Source of the DNA: an uncultured Lentisphaerales bacterium
GTDB taxonomy: Bacteria; Verrucomicrobiota; Lentisphaeria; JABSQK01; UBA12247
DNA length: 64,000 bases
Assembly (NCBI GenBank): GCA_943788985.1
Contig: CALSSJ010000010.1
Span: 224,001 to 288,000 of the forward strand
Direction of reading: 5' to 3'
Positions 35,888 through 45,167 of the stretch are shown here, piece by piece; positions within the stretch are counted from its first letter, which is position 1, and each line of letters starts with the position of its first letter. The notes under the pieces were generated by a model. The model ran no database searches and was not told the origin of the DNA. It saw only the letters and a program-made list of their open reading frames with translations. Both the position numbers and the translations under genes were made by a program.

Positions 35888-36470
35888 TCAGAAACCCATG
35901 AGAAACTCGTCGAAGTCTACATACTCGATTTCCAGCTCAATTTCTTCCGGTGTGGCAGGCTTGGGCGGCGCTCTGGTCGGGTAATCATCCCATAACTGAC
36001 AATGCTTGATTAAACGGTCGATGACATCGGCCGGGTCCTTCTGCGCAATGAACGCGACGATAGTCATCGCGCCGCCACATTGGGGACAGCACAATTGGGC
36101 TACCTCGTGTACTCGCTTAGTCAGCGCTGACCAAAGCATACGTTACAATTTACGATACAGCGTATCGCTGTCATCGGTGTTGAGGGGTTCAGGGCCCCCG
36201 TACTGGTGTACCTTTGCCTCTTCAGCCGCCTTAGCGTGCATACCACGCGCCTTATTCGACTACCACCCAGAGTATCGCAGGGGCTGCGCGCCGTACTCCG
36301 GAATATGCTTTGTCACCTTGGCTGTAAGATCATCGGGTATGGGTAGGAATTTGCCGTGTTTGGCGAAAGCTCCATCGGTAGATAGAGTGTGCATATGCAG
36401 ATGTCGATTTTTTAGGTAGGCAAAACTCTGGGGCGGGCCGACCATTCCCAGAACAACGTCGCTATACCAG
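35888..36470 (-). pseudogene. IS91-family HUH/Y2 transposase fragment with internal deletion and two in-frame stops
   Basis: 'HLHMHTLSTDGAF' (HUH); 'HIPEYGAQPLRYSGW*SNKARG'; 'WSALTKRVHEV...CPQCGG...IVAFI...RAPP'. Confidence 0.78.
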
Positions 36471-36485
36471 CAATATTGGGCCTAG

Positions 36486-37449
36486 GCGGTCGGCGATGAG
36501 GTCACTGTATCGCTCGATGTGACGACCTACGGCGTATCGATTAATGGCAATTCGGCAATCCACAGCTACACACCACCCAGTGGGACTGACTATCCGCTCC
36601 GCGTTCGTGGCAGTATTCTCCTCGTGACACTGCAGAATGCCATTGCTTACATTCCTGCTCCCAGCAACACACCCAGAATCACGAACTTCTCCTCTAGTGG
36701 AAATCGCGAGAATGTGTTCAGCATTGGCTAAGGCCTCATCATCACATTCGATTCAGCTACGAACACGCCTCCGCATGGCGTGAACTTCTGGCAGACCGAA
36801 AGCGTGAATGATCTCTTCATTTGAGCGAAGAATCGGATGCTACCTTGGTTCAAGTGCCAGTATCTTCAGCATCAGCGCCAGCGAGTTCCGCTCACCCAGT
36901 ATTCAGGTTTGTGGGCACGACCGTCACGCCGAACGCACGTGGTCTGCTCGCCCCATTCGGTCTGCGGATGGCACCATCTTCGCCGCATTCGAAACGAGTA
37001 CCATGCTCGCCGGTACCATTCGTCAGGCTGCTGGCGGTGCAGCCGTAGTGGAGTCTGCCACCATCCTGCTCAACCCAGGCTGGAACTTGGTCAGCGCGCC
37101 GCTTACGCTCTTGCAACCCGCGGCATCACTGGTCTTCCCAACCTCGGATCAAGTCATGGCTCTCGTCGACGTTGACCGGGCTCAGACTGATACGATTGAA
37201 GTGGGCAGTCGATGCTGGGTCTTTCACTCCAGAGACGCAACCAGCGTCACTGTATTCGGCGAGTGGCCTTCGGGATCAGTCTCAGTGGACCCCGGCTGGA
37301 ATATCGTCGGGTTCGGGGTGACGCAAGCTGTTCCCCCAGGCGCAATCGCCCGTGCGCAGAATGGCGATCGCCACGAAACGGTGGACGTACTGGAGGAAGC
37401 CGGAGGCTATTGGATTTACAGCGAACAACCCCTGACCATCTCCCTGTAG
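36486..37449 (+). pseudogene. Degraded 3' remnant of a large surface or secreted protein
   Basis: Beta-rich fragments interrupted by stops; the final ORF has twin 'LNPGWNLVS'/'VDPGWNIVG' motifs and ends 'GYWIYS'; no start or signal peptide. Confidence 0.5.
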
Positions 37450-37566
37450 CATGCCAGGCTGTGGGGGCTGATTCGACAACCCTCTATTTTTCTGACGAAG
37501 CGGGACTATTGTAATGCTCGGTGAGGGACGCGCTTCAGTCGCGCATCTGAACCATCCCTACGGTAT

Positions 37567-37920
37567 GGGGGCGAAATGGTATCGACTGGCTGAGTTACGC
37601 TTATATTGCATGTGGAGGATGGTCGTTGGCCTCCTAAATCATCGACCGAACGTATAATTGCCAATACTGAAATGGCTCTTGCGGCTTAACTGACTGCATC
37701 GCGTTCACCCTGACGTCCGATACGGGATGAAGGCGTCCTTAATCGGACTTACCTCAAGCCGAGCTTTCGCGGTGCGAGGAACAACAACAGGAAGATAGTC
37801 TCGAAGCTGGCCCCGTTCGCTGGCATGTGGAGGGACGATAAACAACGAAGGCGAACTAAACATGTAGACGTGTAAGTAGTGCTTAACTAGGACCCGGGTT
37901 CGACTCCCGGCGCCTCCACC
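37567..37920 (+). ncRNA. ssrA: tmRNA, tag peptide ANTEMALAA* (37660-37689)
   Basis: 5' GGGGGCG pairs with 3' CGCCTCC-ACC; T-arm CCGGGTTCGACTCCCGG; ATAATT before the GCC resume codon; tag ends in LAA. Confidence 0.95.
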
Positions 37921-37985
37921 GTTCCTCAAGCCCGCCCGTGCTCAATAGCCGGGCGTCAGGCTGGACACGGAGCCAGATTCTGCGA

Positions 37986-40900
37986 TCAGTCTGATTCAAG
38001 AATCAGATAAGCAGCTGGCACCAGCAGCAGCGTCACGAAGGTCGTGAGCAGGATTCCAAAGCCCAGAGAAACAGCCATTGGCTTCAAAAACTGAGCCTGT
38101 GTGCTCTGTTCTAGCAACAACGGTGCCAGCCCGATAAAGGTGGTGATACTGGTCAGCAGGATCGGCCGCAATCGCCGCACACCGGCCGTTCGTACTGCCT
38201 CGTACACTTCCATGCCTGCGCGACGTTGTTGATTAATAAAGTCCACGAGCACAAGGCTGTCGTTGATCACCACCCCGACTAAGGCCAGGATTCCGAACAG
38301 ACTGAGCATGCTGAGCGGCATCCCCAAACAGAAATGTGCGAAGATCGCAGATGCTGCCCCAAAGGGGATAACCAGCATCACCAGCAGCGGTTGCAGGTAG
38401 TCCTTGAACGGAATCGCCAACAAGGCGTAGATCACCAGCAACAGCCCCAACAACCCGACACGCATGTTTGCGGCAGTTTCCGCATTATCCTTGGCCTCCC
38501 CGCCCAACGCATGCTCAACGCCTGGAAACTGGCCTTCCAGTTCCAAAAGTTTCTCATCCACTGCCGCCTGAATCTCATCCATATTGACCTGACTCTTGAT
38601 GACGTCTGCGGTCACACTGACAACTCGTCGCCGATCAATTCGCTGGATGTTGGCCGCCCCTCGGCTGACAGACAGTTCAGCCACGTGCTCAAGTGGCACC
38701 AACTTTCCATCTGGCGTCCGAATATGCATGCTCTCGAGGTCTGCAAGAGAGCGTCGCTGGGCTTCTGGATAGCGCACCATCACCCGCACATCGTCTCGGC
38801 CGTCTTGGATACGCTGGGCCTCGACCCCAAAGAATGCACCACGGACTTGCGCAGCCAGAGCACGTGTGGTGATTCCAAGACGCTGCGCATCATCACGCAG
38901 CGTCAGCTCCAACTGCTGCTTCCCGTCCTGGAAGCTGTCCGTGATATCAAAGACCCCGTCAATCGTGGCGAGAGCCTTGCGCATCTCAGCTGCCGCGGCC
39001 GTCAGCTGCTCCAAGTCTTGGCCTGTGAGCTGGACGTCTACTGGCGAGCCACCACGCATTAGCTCCGCCCGAAACGACAGATCGCGCGCCCCCGGAATCT
39101 GGCCGATTAACTCACGCCATTCGTTAGCCAAATCAGTGCTTTTGACCTCTACAGTCCTGTGTTCGGGCGACACAATCTCAAACCTGACCCGTCCAAAATG
39201 TGGCCCGTCCTCGCCCGTTTCAGCGAGAACATGTGTAATCGCAGACTCTCCCGTGCTTGGGTCCACGTACTTGGCTTTGAGCTCCCAGGCCATTGCTTCA
39301 ATGCGTTGCACATGGGCATGGGTTGTTTCGAAAGGCGTACCCAGTGGCATCGCCAGTGTTGCCGAAGCAGATTCAGCCGCCACGCGAGGGAAGGGCATAA
39401 ACTGAATGCGCCCCGCAGGCCGCAGTGACATCAGAATCGCCGCCATTGCGATAAACAGCGCGAGCGTTGTGTAGCGCCACTGCAGCGCGACCTTCAACAG
39501 CGGATGATAGACTGCCAGAATCGCCCCTTCGAGAAAGCCGGCGACCGCTTGCTGGGCACGGCTAAACGCGTTGGTCCGGCCAAACTTGGTATGGCGCAGA
39601 TGCGCAGGAAGAATCAGCTTAGATTCCACCAGAGAAAACAGCAAAACGGGAATCACAACCAGCGGAATCTGGGCAAAAATCTTGCCGCGAAACCCGCCGA
39701 TCATCAGCAACGGTACAAAGGCTGCGGCAGTGGTCAACACGCCGAAGGTGACGGGCACTGCCACTTCCTTGGTCCCGATAATTGCGGCAGACTCGCCCTG
39801 TTCGCCGCGCTGCAGGTGGGTGTAGATATTCTCTCCAGTGACAATCGCGTCATCGACCACAATTCCTAGGACCAAGATAAAGGCAAAGGCCGAAATAATG
39901 TTGATCGTTCCTCCTAGCAGTGGAAGTACCAGCAAGGCGCCGGCAAAGCTGATCGGAATGCCTACACAGACCCAGATGGCCACCGAAGGCCGCAGGAACA
40001 GGCACAGCAGGACGGTCACGCAGATGAAACCGATCCAAGCGCTTCGCCATAGCGTGCCAAGACGTGCTCGGATAATCTTCGACCGATCTCGCCAGTAGTC
40101 GATCGCGATTCCAGCCGGAGCGTGCTCCTGAGCGGTTTCTATGTAGTTTTTGACTTTGTCGGTCACGTCAATCGCATTCTGGTCCCCTACCGAATAGATG
40201 TCCACAAACACGCACGGCTTGCCATCAAACACTGCCGCAATCTCGCCATCCTCGAAGCCATCAATGACCTTTGCAACGTCCGCAACCCGCACCTGTCGGC
40301 CATCCGCTGTCCGCCGTATCACTATGCTGGCAAAGTCACTCGGGCCATACGCCTGGCCCTTCGTGCGCAGCAAGATTTCACCACCTTCTGCCCGAATCCG
40401 CCCGGCGGACAGATCCAACGACGAGTTCCGCACCGCGTTGACCACGTCGCCAAAGGTCAGGTCGTATGCAATAAGTGCTTGCTCGGCGACCTCAATCGCT
40501 GTTTCGCGCCGTCGCACCCCAGAGAGATCAGCCTGGGAGAGTCCCGGCAAGGCGACGAGGTCATCGCGGATTGTTTCTCCCAGCTTGCGCAGCTCTCGTT
40601 CCGGTAGATCCCCAGATACTACCACGCTGATCACCTGCCGCCGGCGATTCGAGGTCGTGTAGATCGGTCGTTCCGTGTTATCGGGAAACGTGCTGATCGC
40701 ATCCACCCGATTCTTGAGATCATCCAGCATCTCACGCGAGTCATAGCCAGACTCTAGCTCGACGTGAACGGTACCAACATTCTCTGCGGCCGTAGAGCGT
40801 AGTTCGCGGATGCCCTCCAAGTCGTATATGGCTTCCTCCAGGCGCAGCAGAACACCTTCCTCGACTTCGGCCGGTGTTGCCCCGCGAAAGGGAATTTGCA

Positions 40901-41036
40901 CAGTGACAGTGTCCATCTCGAACGATGGAAACACCTCAAGCGGCAGCACGCGAAAGGCGACGTAGGAGCCAGAAAAAAGCAGTCCAATCATCAGCAGATT
41001 GGCCGCGATGCCGTTGCGGCAGAACCAGGCGATCAT
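37986..41036 (-). CDS. RND efflux permease (AcrB/AcrD/AcrF family)
   Basis: 'GIVVDDAIV', 'GVVINDSLV', 'RLRPILLTS'. Confidence 0.95.
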   Translation of the reverse strand: MIAWFCRNGIAANLLMIGLLFSGSYVAFRVLPLEVFPSFEMDTVTVQIPFRGATPAEVEEGVLLRLEEAIYDLEGIRELRSTAAENVGTVHVELESGYDSREMLDDLKNRVDAISTFPDNTERPIYTTSNRRRQVISVVVSGDLPERELRKLGETIRDDLVALPGLSQADLSGVRRRETAIEVAEQALIAYDLTFGDVVNAVRNSSLDLSAGRIRAEGGEILLRTKGQAYGPSDFASIVIRRTADGRQVRVADVAKVIDGFEDGEIAAVFDGKPCVFVDIYSVGDQNAIDVTDKVKNYIETAQEHAPAGIAIDYWRDRSKIIRARLGTLWRSAWIGFICVTVLLCLFLRPSVAIWVCVGIPISFAGALLVLPLLGGTINIISAFAFILVLGIVVDDAIVTGENIYTHLQRGEQGESAAIIGTKEVAVPVTFGVLTTAAAFVPLLMIGGFRGKIFAQIPLVVIPVLLFSLVESKLILPAHLRHTKFGRTNAFSRAQQAVAGFLEGAILAVYHPLLKVALQWRYTTLALFIAMAAILMSLRPAGRIQFMPFPRVAAESASATLAMPLGTPFETTHAHVQRIEAMAWELKAKYVDPSTGESAITHVLAETGEDGPHFGRVRFEIVSPEHRTVEVKSTDLANEWRELIGQIPGARDLSFRAELMRGGSPVDVQLTGQDLEQLTAAAAEMRKALATIDGVFDITDSFQDGKQQLELTLRDDAQRLGITTRALAAQVRGAFFGVEAQRIQDGRDDVRVMVRYPEAQRRSLADLESMHIRTPDGKLVPLEHVAELSVSRGAANIQRIDRRRVVSVTADVIKSQVNMDEIQAAVDEKLLELEGQFPGVEHALGGEAKDNAETAANMRVGLLGLLLVIYALLAIPFKDYLQPLLVMLVIPFGAASAIFAHFCLGMPLSMLSLFGILALVGVVINDSLVLVDFINQQRRAGMEVYEAVRTAGVRRLRPILLTSITTFIGLAPLLLEQSTQAQFLKPMAVSLGFGILLTTFVTLLLVPAAYLILESD

Positions 41037-42406
41037 GGCCGGCCGTGGCCGCCACCATGCGGCGAAGAGGCCCTGCTCCCGGGTTTTCGCTTGCCCCGCC
41101 TCTTCGCCTTGTTCCTTAGCGGTTCCTCGCCCTTCACTTGGACTGTCGTCCCGTCCGATGCGATCGAGAGAGCAGTAAGTACCAGGCGATGCCCGGCCGG
41201 CAGCGCTGAATCTGTAATCACCGCCTCAGCGTCGGACCAGCAGAGATTTATCGTTTCCCGGCGCAGCCGATTCTCGGAGTCGATCAATAGAATCTCGTTT
41301 CCGGGGCGCACGGCCTCACGCGGGATCACATACACATCGTGGATCGTCCGGCCGCGGATTGTTGCCTCTACGTACTCGCCGATCTGCAAGGGACGTTCTT
41401 CGCGCACAGAACGGACGCGGGCGATCAGCACGAGCTGGCGCGTGTGTGTGTCCATGCGCCCCTCGCTGCGCTCTATGCGAGCCTGCCACCTGAGACCGTC
41501 TCCGGGGCTGGTAAGTGTTACGGCCGGCTTGGCAGGCAGATCCATCGCTGCCAGATCTCGAGCGCTGCAGGATAAGCGCACCTCGATCGCGTCGGTCGGG
41601 TAAACCTGCGCTAGTGCCGAGCCTGGGCCCAAATACCGCCCATGATCGACAAGCTGCTCAAGTACGCGACCGTTGTATGGGGCCACGACGGTCGTTCGTG
41701 TCAGGTCCAGCCGTCGTTTGGCAAATTCTGCCTCTGCCGCTGCCAGAGCTGCTCTCGCCGTGGCGATTCGCGCGTCAGCGAGTTCCAGGTCCAGCGTCTT
41801 CTGTTCCTGGCGTGCTTGCGCGGCATCGACGGCTGCGCGCGCCGCTGCAAGTTGCGGTTTCCGTAAAACCAAATCACCCGGCTGCCCCTCGCGGCCCATT
41901 CGGTCCCAATCTCGCAGCGCCTGCCCTGCGCGTGCCTGCTCCTGCGTCAGCGCGAGTTGAGCCTGTGTGACATCTGCGGCAATGATCCGGATGTCGATCT
42001 TCGCGCGCTTGGCCAGTAACTGTTGCTCTTCCAACTGGCGAGCCCGCTGGGAGGCGGTTGCCTCAGCTGCCTGGACGGCAATCTCATAATCGGTGGCTTC
42101 GATCCGAATCAGCACATCCCCCTCTGCGAAGTGCGCACCGTCTACGAGCTTGTCGCTGAGCTCTACAATTCGGCCCCCAATCTGGGTCACCAGCGTGGTT
42201 TCGATGCGCGGCCGTACATTACCCTCGCTCCGCACCGAAAGCGTATGCGAGACCGCTTCGAGTTCCGCAACCTCTACCACTGGCGAGACAGTCCACGATG
42301 GGCGTGTCTTCGGTTGAGGCTTGTTGCTGATCATCCAGCGAATGAAAAAGAAGCTGCCAATTAACAACGCGATCGGAAACAGAATCTTCAGTGTCGTCTT
42401 GATCAT
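41033..42406 (-). CDS. RND periplasmic adaptor (membrane fusion protein)
   Basis: N-terminal TM, lipoyl-like halves, long hairpin, 'APYNG'. Confidence 0.92.
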   Translation of the reverse strand: MIKTTLKILFPIALLIGSFFFIRWMISNKPQPKTRPSWTVSPVVEVAELEAVSHTLSVRSEGNVRPRIETTLVTQIGGRIVELSDKLVDGAHFAEGDVLIRIEATDYEIAVQAAEATASQRARQLEEQQLLAKRAKIDIRIIAADVTQAQLALTQEQARAGQALRDWDRMGREGQPGDLVLRKPQLAAARAAVDAAQARQEQKTLDLELADARIATARAALAAAEAEFAKRRLDLTRTTVVAPYNGRVLEQLVDHGRYLGPGSALAQVYPTDAIEVRLSCSARDLAAMDLPAKPAVTLTSPGDGLRWQARIERSEGRMDTHTRQLVLIARVRSVREERPLQIGEYVEATIRGRTIHDVYVIPREAVRPGNEILLIDSENRLRRETINLCWSDAEAVITDSALPAGHRLVLTALSIASDGTTVQVKGEEPLRNKAKRRGKRKPGSRASSPHGGGHGRP

Positions 42407-43794
42407 CGCTCAAATCCTCCGCCAAGTGCGAGATACAGCCCCAGCCGGTTCTGAAGGCGACGGTTCGTGACTGTGATGCGGCTGCGTCGGGCATCCACCG
42501 AACGTCGTTGGGCAACCAGCAGCGCCGTTAGTTCCACCAGTCCGTTGTCATAGTTCTCGCGCGTCTCGGCTTCGGCTGCCTGTGACTCATGCGCTGCTAC
42601 CTGTAAAGCTGCCAGCTCAGACGTCAGAAACGCGTCCGCAGCCAACGCTGTCTCGACCTCCTGATAGGCAGTGAGTGCTGTTTGTGCATAGTTCGCAAGT
42701 GCCTGCTGCTGTCGGGCGTCCGCAGCCATGATTCCTGCAGAGATCGCACCGCCGTCGAACAGCGGCTGCGTGACGCCCGCGGCCAGACTCCATAGCATGT
42801 GGCTGGGATGCAGGATCTTGCGCAGCGTATCCGAGCTTGTCCCAGTGTTGGCCGTCAAGCGCACGGCCGGAAACGCTTGAGCGCGGGCCACCCTAGTGCG
42901 TAAGCCAGCGGCGGCCAAGCGGGCCTCGGCTGCGCATACATCTGGCCGTCGGGCCAGCAGATCCGCGGGTATGCCGGCTGGCACCGCCGTGATGTATGGA
43001 AGTTGATCCGCCACGCTCAAGGCTGCTTGCGGATAACGCCCGACCAGTGCCTCCAAGGCCCGGACCGCGGCGTCGTACTCGCGTTCGGCGCTGTGCAATG
43101 CACGCTCACTGTTGGCGACATTGGCACGCGATAAATGAACTTCTGCCGCGCCGTTCAAAAGCCCGCTGCGGTAGCGTTGCTCGGCTGTCTGCAGCGTTCC
43201 GCCAAAGCTCCCAATATTCTCTCGCGCCAGCGTCAGGTTGTACTTAGCAGTGATGGCGTCGCAGTATTGGCGTGCGATCGCCACAGCGATTGCCAGCCGC
43301 GCACCGCGATCAGTCCAGCCCGCCGCCTCGAGATCCCGCGCCGTTGCATACGCCTCGTGGCGAAGTCGTCCCCACAGGTCCAATTCCCAGCTCACCGCCA
43401 CTCCCAGTGCCAGGCTTGCCGAAATCGCATCTGGCTGGCGGCCGCGCTCATCATTCACGCTGCGCGAACGCCGACCATCGCCGTTCAAGGCAAGTGATGG
43501 TTCCCGTGCGGCGAGGCCGCGCAGGACGGTTGCGGAGATTGCATGGAGAGCGGCGCGCGAGGCCTGAAGGCTGAAATTATGCGCCAGACCATCATGGATG
43601 AGGTCAACCAGCAGTGGATCTTGAAGGTCCTCAGCCCAAGCAGTGAGCCCCGGGACTCCAGCCACACTGTGCGAGGAGGTCCAAGCAGGCGGTATTGGCA
43701 CGTCAAAGGCCGCCTCAGGATCCGCGTCTGCGGGGGCTGTGGTCTGGCATCCAATCAGAAAACTTGCCAGTATCAGCAGGACGAGCACACGCAT
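42403..43794 (-). CDS. Outer-membrane efflux lipoprotein (NodT/OprM family)
   Basis: Lipobox-like 'FLIGC', 'SWELDLWG', 'RRPDV', 'LYLALGGG'. Confidence 0.92.
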   Translation of the reverse strand: MRVLVLLILASFLIGCQTTAPADADPEAAFDVPIPPAWTSSHSVAGVPGLTAWAEDLQDPLLVDLIHDGLAHNFSLQASRAALHAISATVLRGLAAREPSLALNGDGRRSRSVNDERGRQPDAISASLALGVAVSWELDLWGRLRHEAYATARDLEAAGWTDRGARLAIAVAIARQYCDAITAKYNLTLARENIGSFGGTLQTAEQRYRSGLLNGAAEVHLSRANVANSERALHSAEREYDAAVRALEALVGRYPQAALSVADQLPYITAVPAGIPADLLARRPDVCAAEARLAAAGLRTRVARAQAFPAVRLTANTGTSSDTLRKILHPSHMLWSLAAGVTQPLFDGGAISAGIMAADARQQQALANYAQTALTAYQEVETALAADAFLTSELAALQVAAHESQAAEAETRENYDNGLVELTALLVAQRRSVDARRSRITVTNRRLQNRLGLYLALGGGFER

Positions 43795-43986
43795 AGTCGC
43801 TACCTTGTGGGGACGAGGGGGATGAAAGATTGCACTGTACAGGCGGGCGGCAAGCATGCGCACCAGATCCGCTGCATAGTCGATCAGTCGTGGCACATCT
43901 TGTAGATTTCCTGAGAGGCCGCTTGACAGCTACCCGTTTCTTGGCAACTTACCTGTTTGATAAGAATATTTTTATACCATTGGGGA

Positions 43987-44256
43987 ATGTCTATGGACGT
44001 CGAAACCAAAGCGGAAGTGATTAAAGAATACGCTCTGAGGGGTGGAGACACTGGCTCTTCGGACGTTCAGGTAGCCGTACTGACGCATCGGATCAAGGAA
44101 TTGACCGAGCACATGAAGGCGAATAAGAAGGACAACCACACACGCCGAGGCCTCCAGCTGCTCGTCCAGCGCCGTAAGAAGCATCTGAAGTACCTCAGCC
44201 GTACTCAACATGACCGCTATCGCGAGTTGATTCAGAAGCTCGGCTTGCGTCGCTAG
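43987..44256 (+). CDS. rpsO: 30S ribosomal protein S15
   Basis: 'DTGSSDVQVA', 'KDNHTRRGL', 'KLGLRR'. Confidence 0.97.
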   Translation: MSMDVETKAEVIKEYALRGGDTGSSDVQVAVLTHRIKELTEHMKANKKDNHTRRGLQLLVQRRKKHLKYLSRTQHDRYRELIQKLGLRR

Positions 44257-44284
44257 GCACAGCCTCTGCTAGACACTTTTGTGT

Positions 44285-44361
44285 GGTGGCTTAGCTCAGT
44301 TGGTTAGAGCAACGGAATCATAATCCGTGGGTCCGGGGTTCGAGTCCCTGAGCCACTACCA
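44285..44361 (+). tRNA. tRNA with CAT anticodon, probably elongator Met
   Basis: Cloverleaf: acceptor GGTGGCT/AGCCACT; anticodon arm ACGGA-ATCATAA-TCCGT; GTTCGA; encoded CCA. It lacks initiator features; Ile2 is not fully excluded. Confidence 0.92.
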
Positions 44362-44375
44362 AACTATTTTACAAG

Positions 44376-44411
44376 AAAAGCCCGGTTCGTGTAAACGAAC
44401 CGGGCTTTTTT
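44376..44411. terminator. Bidirectional intrinsic terminator after the tRNA
   Basis: AAAAGCCCGGTTCGT-gtaa-ACGAACCGGGCTTTTTT. Confidence 0.9.
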
Positions 44412-44439
44412 GTGTAGTTGATAGTTTGTCAGGCGCGAC

Positions 44440-44715
44440 TCAGTCTTTGAACACGGCCTCTTTGTGGATCAGCTTAGCGATTTTGTACAACAGCCCGAAT
44501 TTGTACGCATGCTCGTCGACACTGTCTCCGTTGTCCGGGGCGGTGGTCACGCCAAGCGCGTCAATGATGACGAAGATGGTGATGATCAAGGCCGGAAGTC
44601 GGCATGAAATCACGCCCACTAACCAAAGAATTAGGCCTGCGATGACCTTCTTGGTCTGGCCTAGGATAAAATATCCGATAGACGCCACGAAAGTGTTGAG
44701 AATCGGAGTGACCAC
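44440..44715 (-). CDS. Small membrane protein, possibly 5'-decayed
   Basis: Hydrophobic 'GYFILGQTKK...' with 2-3 TM segments; GTG start, and an in-frame TAA just upstream. Confidence 0.5.
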   Translation of the reverse strand: MVTPILNTFVASIGYFILGQTKKVIAGLILWLVGVISCRLPALIITIFVIIDALGVTTAPDNGDSVDEHAYKFGLLYKIAKLIHKEAVFKD

Positions 44716-44842
44716 TCTAGGGATTCCTTTCTTTTAACGATTGGCCAGTCGGTCCCTCTGTCCTATGTTTTTAGTTCCGTGCCTTAGCCCAAACTACCGT
44801 AACAGCGAAGTGTTGTGAATGATTTGTATTTTTGGAGCCCCT

Positions 44843-44882
44843 AAAAAAGACGCCCGGCCTGGAATTAACCAAACCGGGCGTC
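44843..44882 (-). terminator. Intrinsic terminator
   Basis: Minus strand GACGCCCGG...CCGGGCGTC-TTTTTT. Confidence 0.85.
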
Positions 44883-44896
44883 ATGGGACGAGGCAC
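44843..44896 (-). ncRNA. Candidate ~54-nt sigma54-dependent small RNA
   Basis: Lies between the -24/-12 promoter and the terminator; no RBS-led ORF. Confidence 0.5.
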
Positions 44897-44906
44897 CTAC
44901 CGACCT

Positions 44907-44923
44907 AGCAGGGGCCGTGCCAA
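44907..44923 (-). promoter_or_regulatory. Sigma54 (-24/-12) promoter
   Basis: TTGGCACGGCCCCTGCT: TGGCAC-N5-CTGCT with exact GG-N10-GC spacing. Confidence 0.65.
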
Positions 44924-45167
44924 GTTTGGATTGCGCGGGATTTGTTTGCAGGCCAGGGGCGTGTGGATTTCACTCGATCAGGGCCGGGGACATAATCGTA
45001 GACTCAGGGAGTCTGGAAGCACAAAAATGCAACGGTCCCGGCTGCGACGCAGCTATGTATGGTGAAGGTTCCGCGCCCGCGCTACTTGGCCTGATCGATC
45101 GTGATTGAACGGACGGTTCTGAGCAGAACACGAATGCTTGAGCACTCAGCGTGCCTTCACGAGGCTA

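Larger units (their letters stand above)
35608..36470 (-). mobile_element. Decayed IS91-family (rolling-circle) element
   Basis: Transposase remnant plus the downstream end AAAAGCAATTTCCTATC (minus strand), resembling the IS91-family oriIS '...TTCCTATC'. Confidence 0.7.

Noticed and set aside
37463..37477. GGGGGCTGATTCGAC resembling a second tmRNA 5' end or att site
   Set aside because: Short, a poor match to this ssrA's own 5' end, and no integrase nearby.
37918..37921. tmRNA ends ACCG rather than ACCA, suggesting an integration scar
   Set aside because: CCA can be completed post-transcriptionally; no duplicated 3' end or integrase was seen.
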